Made by a program: the position numbers and the translations under genes. Under the pieces are notes generated by a model. It saw nothing but the letters and a program-made list of their open reading frames with translations. It did not search any database and was not told the DNA's origin. This document shows positions 35,233 to 64,000 of a DNA stretch of 64,000 nucleotides, piece after piece. Numbering within the stretch: position 1 is the stretch's first letter; every line of letters starts with the position of its first letter. Origin of the DNA: the human T2T-CHM13v2.0 reference genome, Homo sapiens; NCBI RefSeq assembly GCF_009914755.1, contig NC_060940.1; one strand, given 5' to 3'.

Positions 35233-47575
<12,343 letters not shown>

Positions 47576-47928
47576 GGCCTGACCACATGGCTCCCTCCCC
47601 TGCCCTGGGAGCACCGGCTCTGCTTACCTGTCTGCCCACCTGTCTGGAACAAGGGCCAGGTTAAGACCACATGCCTCATGTCCAAAGAGGTCTCAGACCT
47701 TGCACAATGCCAGAAGTTGGGCAGAGAGAGGCAGGGAGGCCAGTGAGGGCCAGGGAGTGAGTGTTAGAAGAAGCTGGGGTCCTTCGCCTGCTTTTGATTG
47801 GGAAGATGGGCTTCAATTAGATGGCGAAGGAGAGGACACCGCCAGTGGTCCAAAAAGGCTGCTCTCTTCCACCTGGCCCAGACCCTGTGGGGCAGCGGAG
47901 CTTCCCTGTGGCATGAACCCCACAGGGT

Positions 47929-47934
47929 ATTAAA
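47929..47934 (+). terminator. Probable CLEC18 polyadenylation signal (ATTAAA)
   Basis: ATTAAA variant hexamer about 350 nt after the stop codon. Confidence 0.6.
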
Positions 47935-48377
47935 TTATGAATCAGCTGAACCTGTGCATGCTCATTTCAAAGGGAAATTCAGATGATCCAGGATGACCCT
48001 GGAGAGACCAGAGGGGGCCTGAGGCTTCACTGCAGTGGCCTCCACCCACCTATTCCCTTTCCTGGTCACCTTCATGGTCCAGGACACTCTCTGGAAGTTC
48101 TGGGTCTCCCCAAGAAGAGGAAGACCAGACTCTGCCTCAGTGAGGAGCAGTTCTCATGGCTGGGGCCCAGGCAGGCAGGGTATTAATAGAAGTTGCTCTG
48201 AATGTCTGGGAGACGACGCGTGTGTGTTGCCCCCACCGGCGGAGTGTCATCGCACCAGGGCCAATGGTAGTCAGAGCCTGTGCAGTCCCGCTCCCTCACC
48301 CAGCTCCTCAGACATCACCCACAAGGGGTTATCACTATCCCAGTTTACAGCAGAAGAAATGAAGGCAGAGAGATTGA

Positions 48378-48701
<324 letters not shown>

Positions 48702-48704
48702 TGA

Positions 48705-49950
<1,246 letters not shown>

Positions 49951-50239
49951 AAGGCCTTGGCCAAGGAATCGTGATTATTGTGATACAAGATTCTGCACCT
50001 CAAAGGGGATCCCTGTAGTGAGTTTTGGAAAACGTACAAAGCCTGACTTACAATATGCCTGTTATCTGTGGCGTTTCATCTGGGGAACTTACTTTTCCTT
50101 GATAGGGTAAACTATTCTCATCCAGAGTATGTCCCTCAGTCTGTAAAAGTCCATGGTGCCCTACATCTATTAGGGGAGTGAGGAAGGGCAGTGGGCATTG
50201 GATCTGCTTCTTTGAAAGCCCCCACCTGTGTTTAGCTTC

Positions 50240-50644
50240 TGTTAGAGGCCTTTGAACCAGAGCAACTTCATCTTGAGTAGGCGCTGGGTAAAATGAGGCT
50301 GAGACCTACTGGGCTGTGTTCCCAGGTGGTGGAGGCATTCTAAGTCACAGGATGAGATGAGAGGCCGGCACAAGCAGTAAAGAAGCCGAGGCCAAAACCC
50401 ACCAAAACCAAGATGGTGATACGAATGACCTCTGGTCGTCCTCACTGCTACACTCCCACCAGCGCCAAGACAGCTTACAAATGCCGTGGCAACGTCAGAA
50501 TGTTACCCTATATGGTCTAAAAAGGGGAGGCATGAATAATCCACCCCTTCTTTAGCATATAATCAATAAATAACCATAAAAATGAGCAACCAGCAGCCCT
50601 CGGGGCTGCTCTATGGAGTAGCCATTGTTTTATTTCTTTACTTT
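50240..50644 (+). mobile_element. MER41 (ERV1) LTR, MER41A-type, 3' end interrupted by an antisense Alu
   Basis: TGTTAGAGGCCTTTGAACCAGAGCAAC...CCCTATATGGTCTAAAAAGGGGAGGCATGAATAATCCACCCC...GGAGTAGCCATT; TSD tatt(t/c)ctttacttt around the Alu at ~50645-50945. Confidence 0.85.
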
Positions 50645-50662
50645 TTTTTTTTTTTTTTTTGA

Positions 50663-50881
<219 letters not shown>

Positions 50882-51164
50882 TGATCTGCCCGCCTTGGCC
50901 TCCCAAAGTGCTGGGATTATATGCGTGAGCCACCGCGCCCAGCCCTATTCCTTTACTTTTTTTTTTTGAGGTGGAGTCTCACACCTGGCCTCCAATATGT
51001 TTATTCATATTGCTGAGGCAGGGGATTGCTTGAGCCCAAGAGTTTGAGGTTGCAGTGAACCATGATCATAAGCTGTATTTCAGCGTGAGTGAGAGATTGA
51101 GACCTTGTCTCACAAAATAAAAGTTAAAAAGCCCTTATCTGGAGGTGAGAAAGCCAAATACAAA

Positions 51165-51340
51165 GGTCTTCTCAGTTGGTTCCCAGTCTTCCCAGTCCAG
51201 CAGCCTCAGCATCACCAGGGAGCTGGTTAGGCAAATTCTCGGCCGCCCCAACCTACTGAATTGGAGACCCTGAAGATGGGGCTATCTGAATTTTAACAAG
51301 GCCTCCAGGTTTGCATGCTCAAGATTGAGAACCACTGGCA
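51165..51340. mobile_element. MER5A-like hAT DNA transposon remnant
   Basis: cagcagcctcagcatcaccagggagctggttag...ttttaacaag...ttgagaaccactg. Confidence 0.6.
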
Positions 51341-52130
51341 AAAGCAAACAATTTGAATCTGAAGTCAGCCCACCTGCATTTGAATACAGGCCCTGCCACT
51401 TAATAACTGTGATTTAGAGCAAGTTAGTTACTTAACAGCTAGGTTGACCAATTGTCCGAGTTTGCCTGGCACTGTCCTGATTTCAGCATTGAAAGTACTA
51501 CATTATCGCTGTGGCTCACGCCTATAATCCCAGCTTCTCAAGCTGTCCCTGTGGAATCCTCAATATCGGTACATTCATCCCTATCTAGCATCCCCTTCCT
51601 CCCTCACCCATCCTGCACCCTCAGAATTCATTCTCAGATCACCTTCCCAGATTTTTGCCAATATCAATTAAAAAAATTTTTTAGCCAACCATGTACTGTG
51701 AGTAAGCCAATATCAATTAGCAAAATCTTTAGTTTCTTTTGGTGATGCAGTATCTTCCCCCTGGAGTTTTTTGATGATTCAGTACCCTCCTAGATTTGGC
51801 CCCTGGGGCCTGCGGGGATGTGACTTGTCATTTAATTCTGGAGAAAATGAGGGGTAGGGCTTATAAGGAGACTCCTTCGGGGCAGGGTCATTACAGGGTG
51901 TGTTACATAGGGAAATGCTAGCTGCTGGCTAGCTCTCGCTCTTGAAAGGCTCTTCCTCCCTCAACTGAAATGGGGAAGGGGGAACCCCGGCCGACTGAGG
52001 TCCTGACATCTTTAGCACATGGCTTCTTAGGTCACCCAGGGCATCCAGGTTACCAGCTTGGGAAACAGGAGATGTAGGTTGGAGGAAGAGGCTACAGCCC
52101 ACCCTGGAAATAACTGCCATCCGTCCCACC

Positions 52131-52813
<683 letters not shown>

Positions 52814-53007
52814 TAGAACACCTAACTGCCCGCAAGGGAGTTCCTGCTACTAGGATCTTCAGAGTGACAAAGAGGAAGCTTTGGCTGGCAAGGGTGGTGG
52901 GGAGGGGAGGGGCTAGGTACCTAAGGCTTCCCTATCTTTCCACACAGCCTAATTTTCATAGCCTCTGGTCTCCACATTTCACTCTTTCCCAAATAAAGAC
53001 CTTTTAA

Positions 53008-53334
<327 letters not shown>

Positions 53335-54299
53335 TGAGCCAAGAATTTGGATTCTGAGCTTGTCTTTTCATTTAAGCTATGTGGCGCTGTTAACATGACC
53401 GCCCTGCCCAGCAGATCTTGACTTCAGTGTAATCTTTATTCTCTTCTATGGCAGGAGCCATTAGGTCCCCCAAAGCCTTGCCTTTGATGGGTACTTTGTT
53501 CCCGGGGACAATGGGATTAGCTGTCTTGCCAGGGCGTGCCATGGGGCTGCTGGTGTCCTGTCCCTTAATACCAGCTGGATTTTCACTGTCCTCTGACCAC
53601 TTTCCAGCCTTCAATTGCTCCTGTTTCCTTTGGGGCTTCTTGCTCTGTCCAGTCCTGGTCCTATTTTTGTGAGAATCAAGGTTCTTAGTTTTAACCAACA
53701 GAAACTAATTCTGGCAACTCTAAACAGAAAGGGACTTGGTCAGAGGTCCTGGCTAGTTCCCAGGAGCTCAAAAGGGTCAGAAAATCAAATCAGGAAGAGG
53801 ACATTGGGCAAAGCTGGCCAGGTGAAGACCCCACAGCCTCTGCTGGCACAGAAGCTACAATTGGCACCACCGAAGTGGGACAGAAGCTGCCACCTGTGCA
53901 AGCTAGATGTAGTCGCTGCCGCTGTCACCATCAATTTTTGAGATGATGCTTCTTCCTGCCTGCCACTTTAATTCAAAGCGAAGGCCAGGTGCAGTGGCTC
54001 ATGCCTGTAATGCCAGCACTTTGGGAGGCCAAGGCAAGAGGATCGCTTGAGGACGGGAGTTTGAGATCAGCCTGGGCAACAGGGTGAGACCCCGTCTAGC
54101 CAAAAAATACAAAAAAAAAGAGCTGGGCAGAAAGAAAATGGCTCATGCCTGTAATCCCAGCACTTCAGGAGGCCGAGGCGGGTGGATCACCTGAGGTCAG
54201 AAGTTTGAGATTAGCCTGGCCAACACGGTGAAACACTGTCTCTACTAAAAATACAAAAAATTAGTCAGGTTGGGTGGCGCACGCCTGTAATCCCAGCTA

Positions 54300-54740
<441 letters not shown>

Positions 54741-55971
54741 TCAAAAAATAAATAAATAAAAAATAGAGACATTGGGCCAGGCACAGTGGCTCGTGCCTGT
54801 AATCCCAGCTCTTTGGAAGAATGAGGTAGGAGGATTGCTTGAGCCCAGGAGTTCGAGGGTGCAGTGATCACGTCATTAAACTCCCACTTGGGTGACAGAG
54901 TGAGGAGCTGTCTCCCCACCCCCATCCCCCAAAAAAAGAAGGTAACTGGGCAAAGAAGTTATTTTTAGTAGAGACTGGCTTTCATCATATTGGCCAGGCT
55001 GGTCTTGAATTCCTGACCTCAGGTGATCCACCCACCTCGGCCCCCCAAAGCGCTGGGATTACAGGTGTGAGCCATGGTGCCCAACCTCCTCTTCTCATTT
55101 AATCCTCAAAATCATCTCACAAAGCAGGTGCTATTAATACCCGCGTCTTACAGAACGGTTAACAGATGTGTCCAGGGCCGCATGGAGAACACCTTGAGAG
55201 AGCAATGAGATCTCGCTCTCCTGCCTCATGACCGATACACGGTTTCAAGAAGTTAGATGACATCACAGATACTCAGGGCACCCAGCTCCAGGCCTTACTG
55301 CCTTCGCACAAGGCCGCTCTCTACTAGCTTCACCCCGCATGGAATGCAATGGTCAATGAGGCCCTGGTCAGAACATGGGACTGACAAAGCCAGCACTTGT
55401 AGGCTGAGTCTCAGATCACGTGGCTTGTTTGTTTTGTTTGTTTGTTTTTGGGAGATGGAGTTTCACTCGTGTTGCCCAGGCTGGAGTGCAATAGCACCGT
55501 CTCAGCTCACTGCAACCTCCGCCTCCTTGTTCAAGTGATTCTCCTGTCTCAGCCTCCCGGGTAGCTGGGACTACAGGTGCATGCCACCATGCCTGGCTAG
55601 TTTTTGTATTTTTAGTAGAGATGGGGTTTCATCACATTGGTCGGGCTGGTTTCGACCTCCTGACCTCAGGTGATCCACCCACCTTGGCCTCCCAAAGTGC
55701 TGGGATTACAGGCGTGAGCCACTGTGCCCGGCTGGCTTTTTTTTTTTTTTGAGGAGTCGCACTCTGAAATCCAAGCTGGAGTGCAATGATGTGATCTCCC
55801 ACCATGCTAGTTGTGTTTGTTGTTGTTGTTTTTTCTTTAGTAGAGATGGAGTTTCTCCATGTTGGTGAGGCTGGTCTTGAACTCCTGACCTCAGGTGATC
55901 CACCCCCCACCTCGGCCTCCCAAAGTGCTAGGATTACAGGCGTGAGTCACCATGCCTGGCCTCAATTTCTT

Positions 55972-56060
55972 GAAAGACAAAGAAAAAAGACAGAAAGAGA
56001 GAAAGAAAGAAAAAGAAAAAAAAGAGAAAGAGAAAGAGAACAAGAAAAAGAGAAGGAAAG
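55972..56060 (+). repeat. GA-rich low-complexity purine tract
   Basis: gaaagacaaagaaaaaagacagaaagagagaaagaaag... Confidence 0.85.
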
Positions 56061-59042
56061 CTCCATGGGTTTAAATGCAAGAGTCAGCTTCAAGGAGGGC
56101 TGGGAAGTCAGGTGACGCCACCCTTGTGCTTCCCGCAGCCAGATCACCTGGTGGAGGTACCGTTGGTTTTGGGCCCCTCTCTCAGCACTTGCTACCAGAG
56201 AGGACAGCTCTACACCAGAGAGTGAGGGTGGGAACCTGCTCACTGCTGTCTGCTCAGGGCTGGGCATGAGGCAGGTGCTCAGTAGGGGTCTGGAGAATAA
56301 ATGAATGAACCATCACGGGGCCAAGCACCTGGAAGCGGGCTGGAGATGCTTGCTCTGGACTCCTGGCTCAGGAGTGGACTCCCCAGGTGGACTTCCTCCT
56401 GCATCACCACAGCTGAGTGCATGGAGCACAGGTAGGGCAGCTAATGAGCAGGGTCATCATGAATGACAGCAGATGACACCAGGACAGGGGAGGTCAGTAG
56501 CCAGATGGGAAGAAAGCAGAATGAAACAGGTCACCCGGGTGCAGTGGCTCATGCCTGTAATCCCAGCATTTCGGGAGGCCGAGGTAGGCAGATCATGAGG
56601 TCAGGAGATCGAGACCATCCTGGCTAACACGGTGAAACCCTGTCTCTGCTAAAAATACAAAAAATTAGCCGGACGTGGAGGCGGGTGCCTGTAGTCCCAG
56701 CTACTCGGGAGGCTGAGGCAGGAGAATGGCGTGAATCTGGGAGGTGGATCTAGCAGTGAGCCGAGATCGCACCACTACACTCCAGCCTGGGCGACAGAGC
56801 GAGACAGTCTCAAAAAAAAAAAAAAAAAAGTTCTGGCGGAGAGTGTGGGTGAGCACTAGGGTACTGGAAAGATTCCATGCCTGGGAATCGTGCGTGGATT
56901 GATTACATCCCCACTTCTGGCAAAATGCTTCATGGCCTTGTGCAAGTTAACTTTGTCTCCCTGGGCCTCTGTTTACTCATCTGAGAAACGGGGTAAAGAC
57001 ATTTGCTCTTCTTAGGTCACAGGGCTCCTGTACACGATGTGAAAGGACTTTGGAAAGTATCCTCCGGTGTGCAAATTTCTCTGAGAAGTGCTGTGGCTGT
57101 TTATCCTTAGACTGGAATGAGAAGGGGGAGATGTGACTTTTGTGACTTTCAGGGTGGGCCAGGTGTTGTAGGTGACAGGACAATCTCAGGCTGGTAGCAG
57201 TGGCTCATGCCTGTAATCCCAGCACTTTGGGAGGCTGAGGTGGGTGGATCACTTGAGGTCAGGAGTTTGAGACCAGCCTGGATAACATGGTTAAACTCCA
57301 TCTCTACTAAAAATACAAAAATTAGCCAGGTTGGGGTGGTGTGTGCCCGGAGTCCCAGCTACTCAGGAAGGTGAGGCAGGAGAATCCTTGAACCCGGGAG
57401 GCGGAGGCTGCAGTGAGCCAAGATTGCTCCGCTGCACTCCAGCCTCAGCAACAGAGTGAAACTCCATCTCAAAAAAACAAAGACAATCTCAGATGTGCAG
57501 TTCACACCCTGGGGCTCTCCGTGGGATCAGGCTGAGGGTCGCATTTAACTGAAATCTTCAGGAGTTCAGCGTCGGGGTAGATATTCCCTGAGAAGCAGCT
57601 GAGAGGTAAAGCTTCCTCCGGGAAGTACTCACTTGCTCCTTGTTGATTTCATGGGGTCTCAGGTTTCAGGAGGAAAGTAAAGATGAAAAGCCCTTGCTCT
57701 GGCATCTTGGAGGACTTCTGGGTGAGAGCCAGGAAGGGGAAGGCGTTTGGACTCATTGCCCTCCCAGGCCTGGAGTCTGATTTTCCTGCTCTGTCTGGTT
57801 TTGGAGGTGGAGGCTGCGAAGCCGAAGCAGTGCTGGTCCTGCCAGCTCCTCCCAGCTCCTCCCCTGCCCTCTGCTTCCCTGGCCTTGCACAGGGACAAGG
57901 AGCTCCAAAGAGCGGCTCTGTCCTGTCTCAGCCTGGGAGGGAAGAGGGAGGTGGCATAGATGGTTCCACAAACAGTTCAGTACGTGCCAAAGGAGGGCCT
58001 GGGAAGCCCCAGGTCAGGAGAGGGTGCCTGCCCTTCCCGTGAAGGCCAGGGCTGAGCTGCTTCCTGCCAGCATCCAGTTTTGCTCAGAGCACCCAGAACG
58101 CCGTCTTGGAGGAACGGGGGCAGGCGCTGCCGCAGAACCCTGGAGCTGTGTCTCCTGCCTCCAGGGCTGGCCGTAGCTGCAAAGACCAGCTGGCAGGTGG
58201 AGGACTCAGGAAGACTCTCCCTGTGTTGGCCCTGCAGCCCCATGTCCCCTTCTCTGCTTCTTGGGAACAGGAGGCCTGTGTCTGCCTGTCCTGAGCATCT
58301 CAAAAGGAAAAGCTATTCTAGGGATGATGAGAGGGAATCAGGGCCTGAGGCACTTGGAGGAACATTTGCTGAGCTCCCTGTGCAACAGCCCATTCCAAGG
58401 CCAAGGTTGCAAAGGTGGCTTAGATGCTGTCCCTAAATGGCCATCGAGGTTCCAAGCCTGGCAGGAAGGGCTCGAGTGGTGGGGCCACAGCGGAGACAAG
58501 GCCAAGCAGCCTGATTCTTGGGAGTGGAGGTTAATGAGCAGCGTTTGCACTTGGCTTTCTATAGGGTCAGGCTGTAGCGCAACATCCTGAGGTGCGTGGC
58601 TGCCCACAGGTGCTCAGCCAGCCCAGCCTCTGCCAAGGCAGACAGAGCCTGGGCTGGGAAGCGGGGGATCCCACTGCTTGGGGAGTCCCCTTTTCTTCTG
58701 CATAGTGGGGATGCCAGGAGCAGTGAACAAGCTCAGCAAAGAGTTCTCCAGCCCGACCCGAGGTTTCCTTCCTCCTGACTTTGTCACCTCACTGGGAGAA
58801 TATACAGCTCTGTCTGAAACAAGTTTCCTGCGGGGCACCCTGTGCAGGGGAAGCTCGGGCAGCCCAACCTACCAGATGGAAGGGAAAGATAGAGGCTGTG
58901 AGGTTCTTCTGGGCCTGTCTACAGCCTCTTCTACCTGGCTGCCCTTTGTTCAGAGTAAAGGATGCAGTTCCCAAGACATAAGCACCGCGGGCTTCAGAGT
59001 ATGAAGGATCCTTCCAGGTCAGCCACTTTGGGCAACTGATGA

Positions 59043-59485
<443 letters not shown>

Positions 59486-59894
59486 TTTGGGGAGAAGGGG
59501 ATGGGGTCCTGCCTGTCCCTGCAGTCACAGCATACCACGAGTCCTGGGGCAGAGGAGCCTGGATTCAGGCCCTTGGTGCTCAGCGGTCCTGGCTCACGGA
59601 CACCCCTCGTTCAGCAGCCAGGGGGTTCCTCACTGTGTCCCAGATGTCACTCTAAAGATTGCTTCAGAGGCTCCCTCCCCGAATCGTTGGAGGGACTCTG
59701 CCAGTTCCAATGACCAGCCAGCTGCCTTCAGGTCACAAAAGAATCTGGGGCTGGTCTGAGACCAGGTGTACCCCCAGACCCCATCTCTGTCCAGATCATG
59801 AGAGGGGGTCCAGGGTCCCCCGCCTCCCACAGTTGGGCTTCACTGCACAGCTGGAACTCAGCCAGGCCTGTTCCGGGAAGCAGGGCTGTGAGTG

Positions 59895-60600
59895 TGAGCA
59901 GTCCAGGACCTTGGCATTTTGAACAAAGAATTGAACAAAACCCACAAAGTAACATAGCAATGAAACATGGGAAGGAAGCAGTGAAAGCAGGAATTTATGA
60001 AACAGATAAAGCACTCTGCAGGGCTGGAGTGGGCCTAAGCAAGCGGCTCAAGAGCCTGGTTACAAAGTTTCCTAGGTGTTTTGTTAGTTTGTTTTTGTAT
60101 TTTATTTTTTTTATTATTATTATTTTTGAGAAGTCTCTTACCCAGGCTGGAGCGCAGTGGCATGATCTTGGCTCACTGCAATCTCCGCCTCCTGAGTTCA
60201 AGTGATTCTCTGGCCTCAGCCTCCCAAGTAGCTGGGATTACAGGTAAGTACCCACCACGCCCGGCTAATTTTCATATTTTTTGTAGAGATGGGGTTTCAC
60301 CATGTTGGACAGGCTGGTCTTGAACTCCTGACCTCGTTAATCGGCCCACCTCGGCCTCCCAAAGTGCTGGGATTACAGGCACGAGCCATGGCACCCAGCC
60401 TCCTGGGTTTTAAGTACTGCTTTTGAGGTTCTATTGGCTACCCCTTATCTGGATGAAGGATTTGGTCTGTGGCTCATAAAAGGCTAATGTGAACTGGCGC
60501 CCTGTGCAGATGAAGGGATGACCCATGCTTCGCCTGCGGCTAATCCAGGACACTCTCCCTTCCCATCTAAGATGTGGTGGAGACAGGAGGGTGATAGGGT
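59895..60600 (-). mobile_element. ERV1 LTR (MER51-related), Alu-interrupted and truncated at ~60600
   Basis: gtccaggaccttggcattttgaacaaagaattgaacaaaac...gcaagcggctcaagagcctggttacaaag, resuming after the Alu at ~60400. Confidence 0.65.
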
Positions 60601-60612
60601 GTCTCTATATTA

Positions 60613-60615
<3 letters not shown>

Positions 60616-60657
<42 letters not shown>
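60616..60657 (+). repeat. (CA)n microsatellite, ~21 units
   Basis: Directly visible. Confidence 0.95.
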
Positions 60658-60660
<3 letters not shown>

Positions 60661-60941
60661 GGCAGCCAGACTATGCACTAGGAACTGCCCTGGGAATCCC
60701 GTTGCGTTCTCACAACAATCCCACTTCACAGATAAAGAAACCAAGGCACAGAAATATTCAGTAACGTGTCCAGATGCGGTGGCTCATGCCTGTAATTCCA
60801 GTATTTTGGGAGGCTGAGGCAGGCAGATCACGAGGTCAGGAGTTCGAGACCATCCTGGCCAACATGGTGAAACCCCGTCTCTACTAAAAATACAAAAATT
60901 AGCTGGGTGTGGTGGCAGGTGCCTGTAATTCTAGCTACTCA

Positions 60942-61073
<132 letters not shown>

Positions 61074-61411
61074 CTAAGTAACTTGTCTGAGGCCACTTAG
61101 TTACCAAGACGTGGGAGCTGGGACTTGAACCCAGGCAGTCTGGCTGGATTCATGCCTGCAGCCTCTGCACTCCTGCTACTTCCTGTGTGAGAAGCGCCTG
61201 TTCTGTGGAAGGTTGTGGGCTGAGATCTTTCCATGACTTCCACTCATTTACCCCCAAGGCTGTTCTTAAAGACGGGCATGACAGTTATGCCCATTTTACA
61301 GATGGGACCCTGAGGCTCACAAGGGCATGCCACTCACCCATCTCCACAAAGCTATAGCTCGTCAGCAGAGGGCAGAATTCGGCCGCCTCTCCCCTAGCTC
61401 GAAGGCTGTGA

Positions 61412-61684
<273 letters not shown>

Positions 61685-61946
61685 TAAACCCTGTCTCTAC
61701 TAAAAATACAAAAATTACCCAGGCGTGGTGGCACATGCCTGTAGTCCCAGCTACTCAAGAGGCTGAGGCAGGAGAATCACTCGAACCTGGGAGGTGGAGG
61801 TTGCAGTGACCCAAAATCATGCACTCTGGCCTGGGGTCTCGCTTTTGCCCAGGTTAGAGTGCAGTGGCACAATCATAGTGGCTTACTGCAGCCTCAAACT
61901 CCTGGGCTGAAGGGAATCCTCCCACCTCAGCCTCCCAAGTAGCTAG

Positions 61947-62218
<272 letters not shown>

Positions 62219-63394
62219 TGATCCACCTGCCTCGGCCTCTCAAAGTGTTGGGATTACAGGCATGAGCCACTGAGCCTGGCCTGGGGAGCTAATTTTTAAA
62301 TTTGTTATAGAGACAAGAGAGACAAGAGTCTCTCTTATGTTGCCCAGGCTGGTCTCGACCCCGTGGCCTCAAGTGATCCTCCCACCTCAGCCTCCCAAAG
62401 TGCTGGGATTACAGATGGGTGTCACCGCAGCTGGCCTCTGAGGAGGGTTTCATTATAAACCTGCCCTGAAGGGAGGGAATCCAATTTTACGAGAGGGTGT
62501 AGCCTGGTGAGGCCTGGATGACCTCCGCAGGCAGGGGCTTGTGCCTGGGCTGAGGCCTAAGGGACAATGGGCAGACATGAAGTTGCCCCAGGCAGAGGGT
62601 ACAGTGTGGGCAAAGTCAGGAAGTGGCAGGGCTTGGATCACTCCAGGAAGAGAGAGGACTCACGTGTCACAGGAGCTCGAGACCCAGAGAGAGAGTGAGG
62701 CAGGCAGGCAGGGACCAAGCTTGGGCACAGCCAGGAAGGCAGGACAGGGCATGGTGGGGCCAATGGAATCATTACCCAAGACGGGCATTTTCAGGGAAAC
62801 AGCTTAGATAAGGCCAGGCGTACAGTAGCTCCCACCTGTAATCCCAGCATTTGGGGAGGCTGAGGTAGGAGGACTGCTTGCGCCTGGGAGTTCGAGACCA
62901 GCCTAGGCAACATAGTGAGACCCCATATCCACAAAAAATTTAAAAAAGGAGTTTGTGTTCCTGTAGTAGCATACTTGGGAGGTTGAGGTGGCAGTATCAC
63001 TTGAGCCCGGGAGTTCAAGGCTAAAGTGAGCTGATTGAGCCATTGCACTCCAGCCTGAGTGACAGAGAGATACGCTGTCTCAAAGGAAATACAAATTAAA
63101 AAACCAGCCGGGCATGCTGGCGTGTGCCTGTAGTCTCAGCTACTTGGGACACTGAAGTGGGAGGATCGCTTGAGCCCAGGAGTTCAAGGCTGCCGTGAGC
63201 TATGATTGTGCCTGTGCACTCCAGCCTGGGCGACAGAGAAAGACCCTGTCTCTTAAAAAAAAAAAAAAAAAAAAAAAAATCTTAGAGGATGCTGTGCCTC
63301 CCTGGGGGTCTTCAGTCACCCATGGTCCTGGCAGCAGAGGAGGGCCAGGAGAGAGCTTCACCCACCTGCTGTCCTGCCCATGTGACATCCGCAG

Positions 63395-63501
63395 GTGCTG
63401 CCATGGCCACGACTGTTGTTACACTCGAGCTGAGGAGTCCGGCTGCAGCCCCAAGACAGAGCGCTACTCCTGGCAGTGCGTCAATCAGAGCGTCCTGTGC
63501 G
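63395..63501 (+). pseudogene. PLA2G10: Isolated exon of group X secreted phospholipase A2 (partial PLA2G10 duplicate)
   Basis: ccgcag|G TGC TGC CAT GGC CAC GAC...GTC CTG TGC G|gtgagt encodes CCHGHDCCYTRAEESGCSPKTERYSWQCVNQSVLC, the sPLA2 CCxxHDxCY motif. No upstream signal-peptide or Ca2+-loop exon was found in the window. Confidence 0.88.
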
Positions 63502-64000
63502 GTGAGTCCCCAGCACCACCATGCCACCCACCCCGAGTATCCCCTGGGCATCCTGGCATAGCCAGATGACTTCCGTGCCCCTGTTGCAATAACCACTGCT
63601 TCCAACTCTCTATAGACCACCCCTTGGGTATATCTAATGTAAGTGATATTTATTTTATTTATTTTTTGAGTCAGAGTCTCGCTCTGTCACCCAGGCTAGA
63701 GTGTGCTGATGTGATCTTGGCTCACTACAACCTCTGCCTCCTGGGTTCAAGCCATTCTCATGCCTCAGCCTCCCAAGTGGCTGGGACTACAGGCATGCAC
63801 CATCACGCCCAGCTAATTTTTGTATTTTTTTCAGTAGAGGTGGGGTTTCACCAAGTTGGCCGGGCTGGTCTCAAACTCCCCACCTCAAGTGCTCTGCCCG
63901 CCTCGGCCTCCCAAAGTGCTGGGATTACAGGCATGAGTCGTGGTGTCTGGCCCTAATGTGAGTGATCTTTAACAATGAAGACTTGAAAAAGAAAACCCTG

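Noticed and set aside
63395-63501. Functional PLA2G10 gene
   Set aside because: Only one internal exon is present and no signal-peptide or YGCxCG Ca2+-loop exon was found upstream in the window, so it is treated as a partial duplicate.

Overview
Hominid (most likely human) genomic DNA, very Alu-rich, matching the chr16q22 segmental-duplication region. On the + strand it holds three things. (1) The last eight coding exons of PDPR (GcvT/aminomethyltransferase-like C-terminal half, frame intact, about 441 codons), followed by a ~5.6 kb 3'UTR with three AATAAA sites. (2) A complete 12-exon CLEC18-family gene (446 aa: signal peptide, CAP/SCP, two EGF-like, C-type lectin with QPD/WND). By position it is CLEC18C, but it carries D421, and it has an optional 27-nt cassette exon. 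(3) After an orphan CpG island and several LTRs, an apparent duplicon junction near 60,600 leads to an isolated PLA2G10 exon with intact splice sites and catalytic His-Asp. Most ORFs in the supplied track are Alu/L1/LTR translations or chance GC-rich ORFs. I found no new multi-gene system. The most interesting leads are the atypical CLEC18 paralog haplotype, the lectin-loop microexon, a possible in-frame CLEC18-PLA2G10 splice, an RCGTG cluster upstream of CLEC18 and the duplicon junction. Gene and repeat-family names come from my recall of these sequences, not from a database search.
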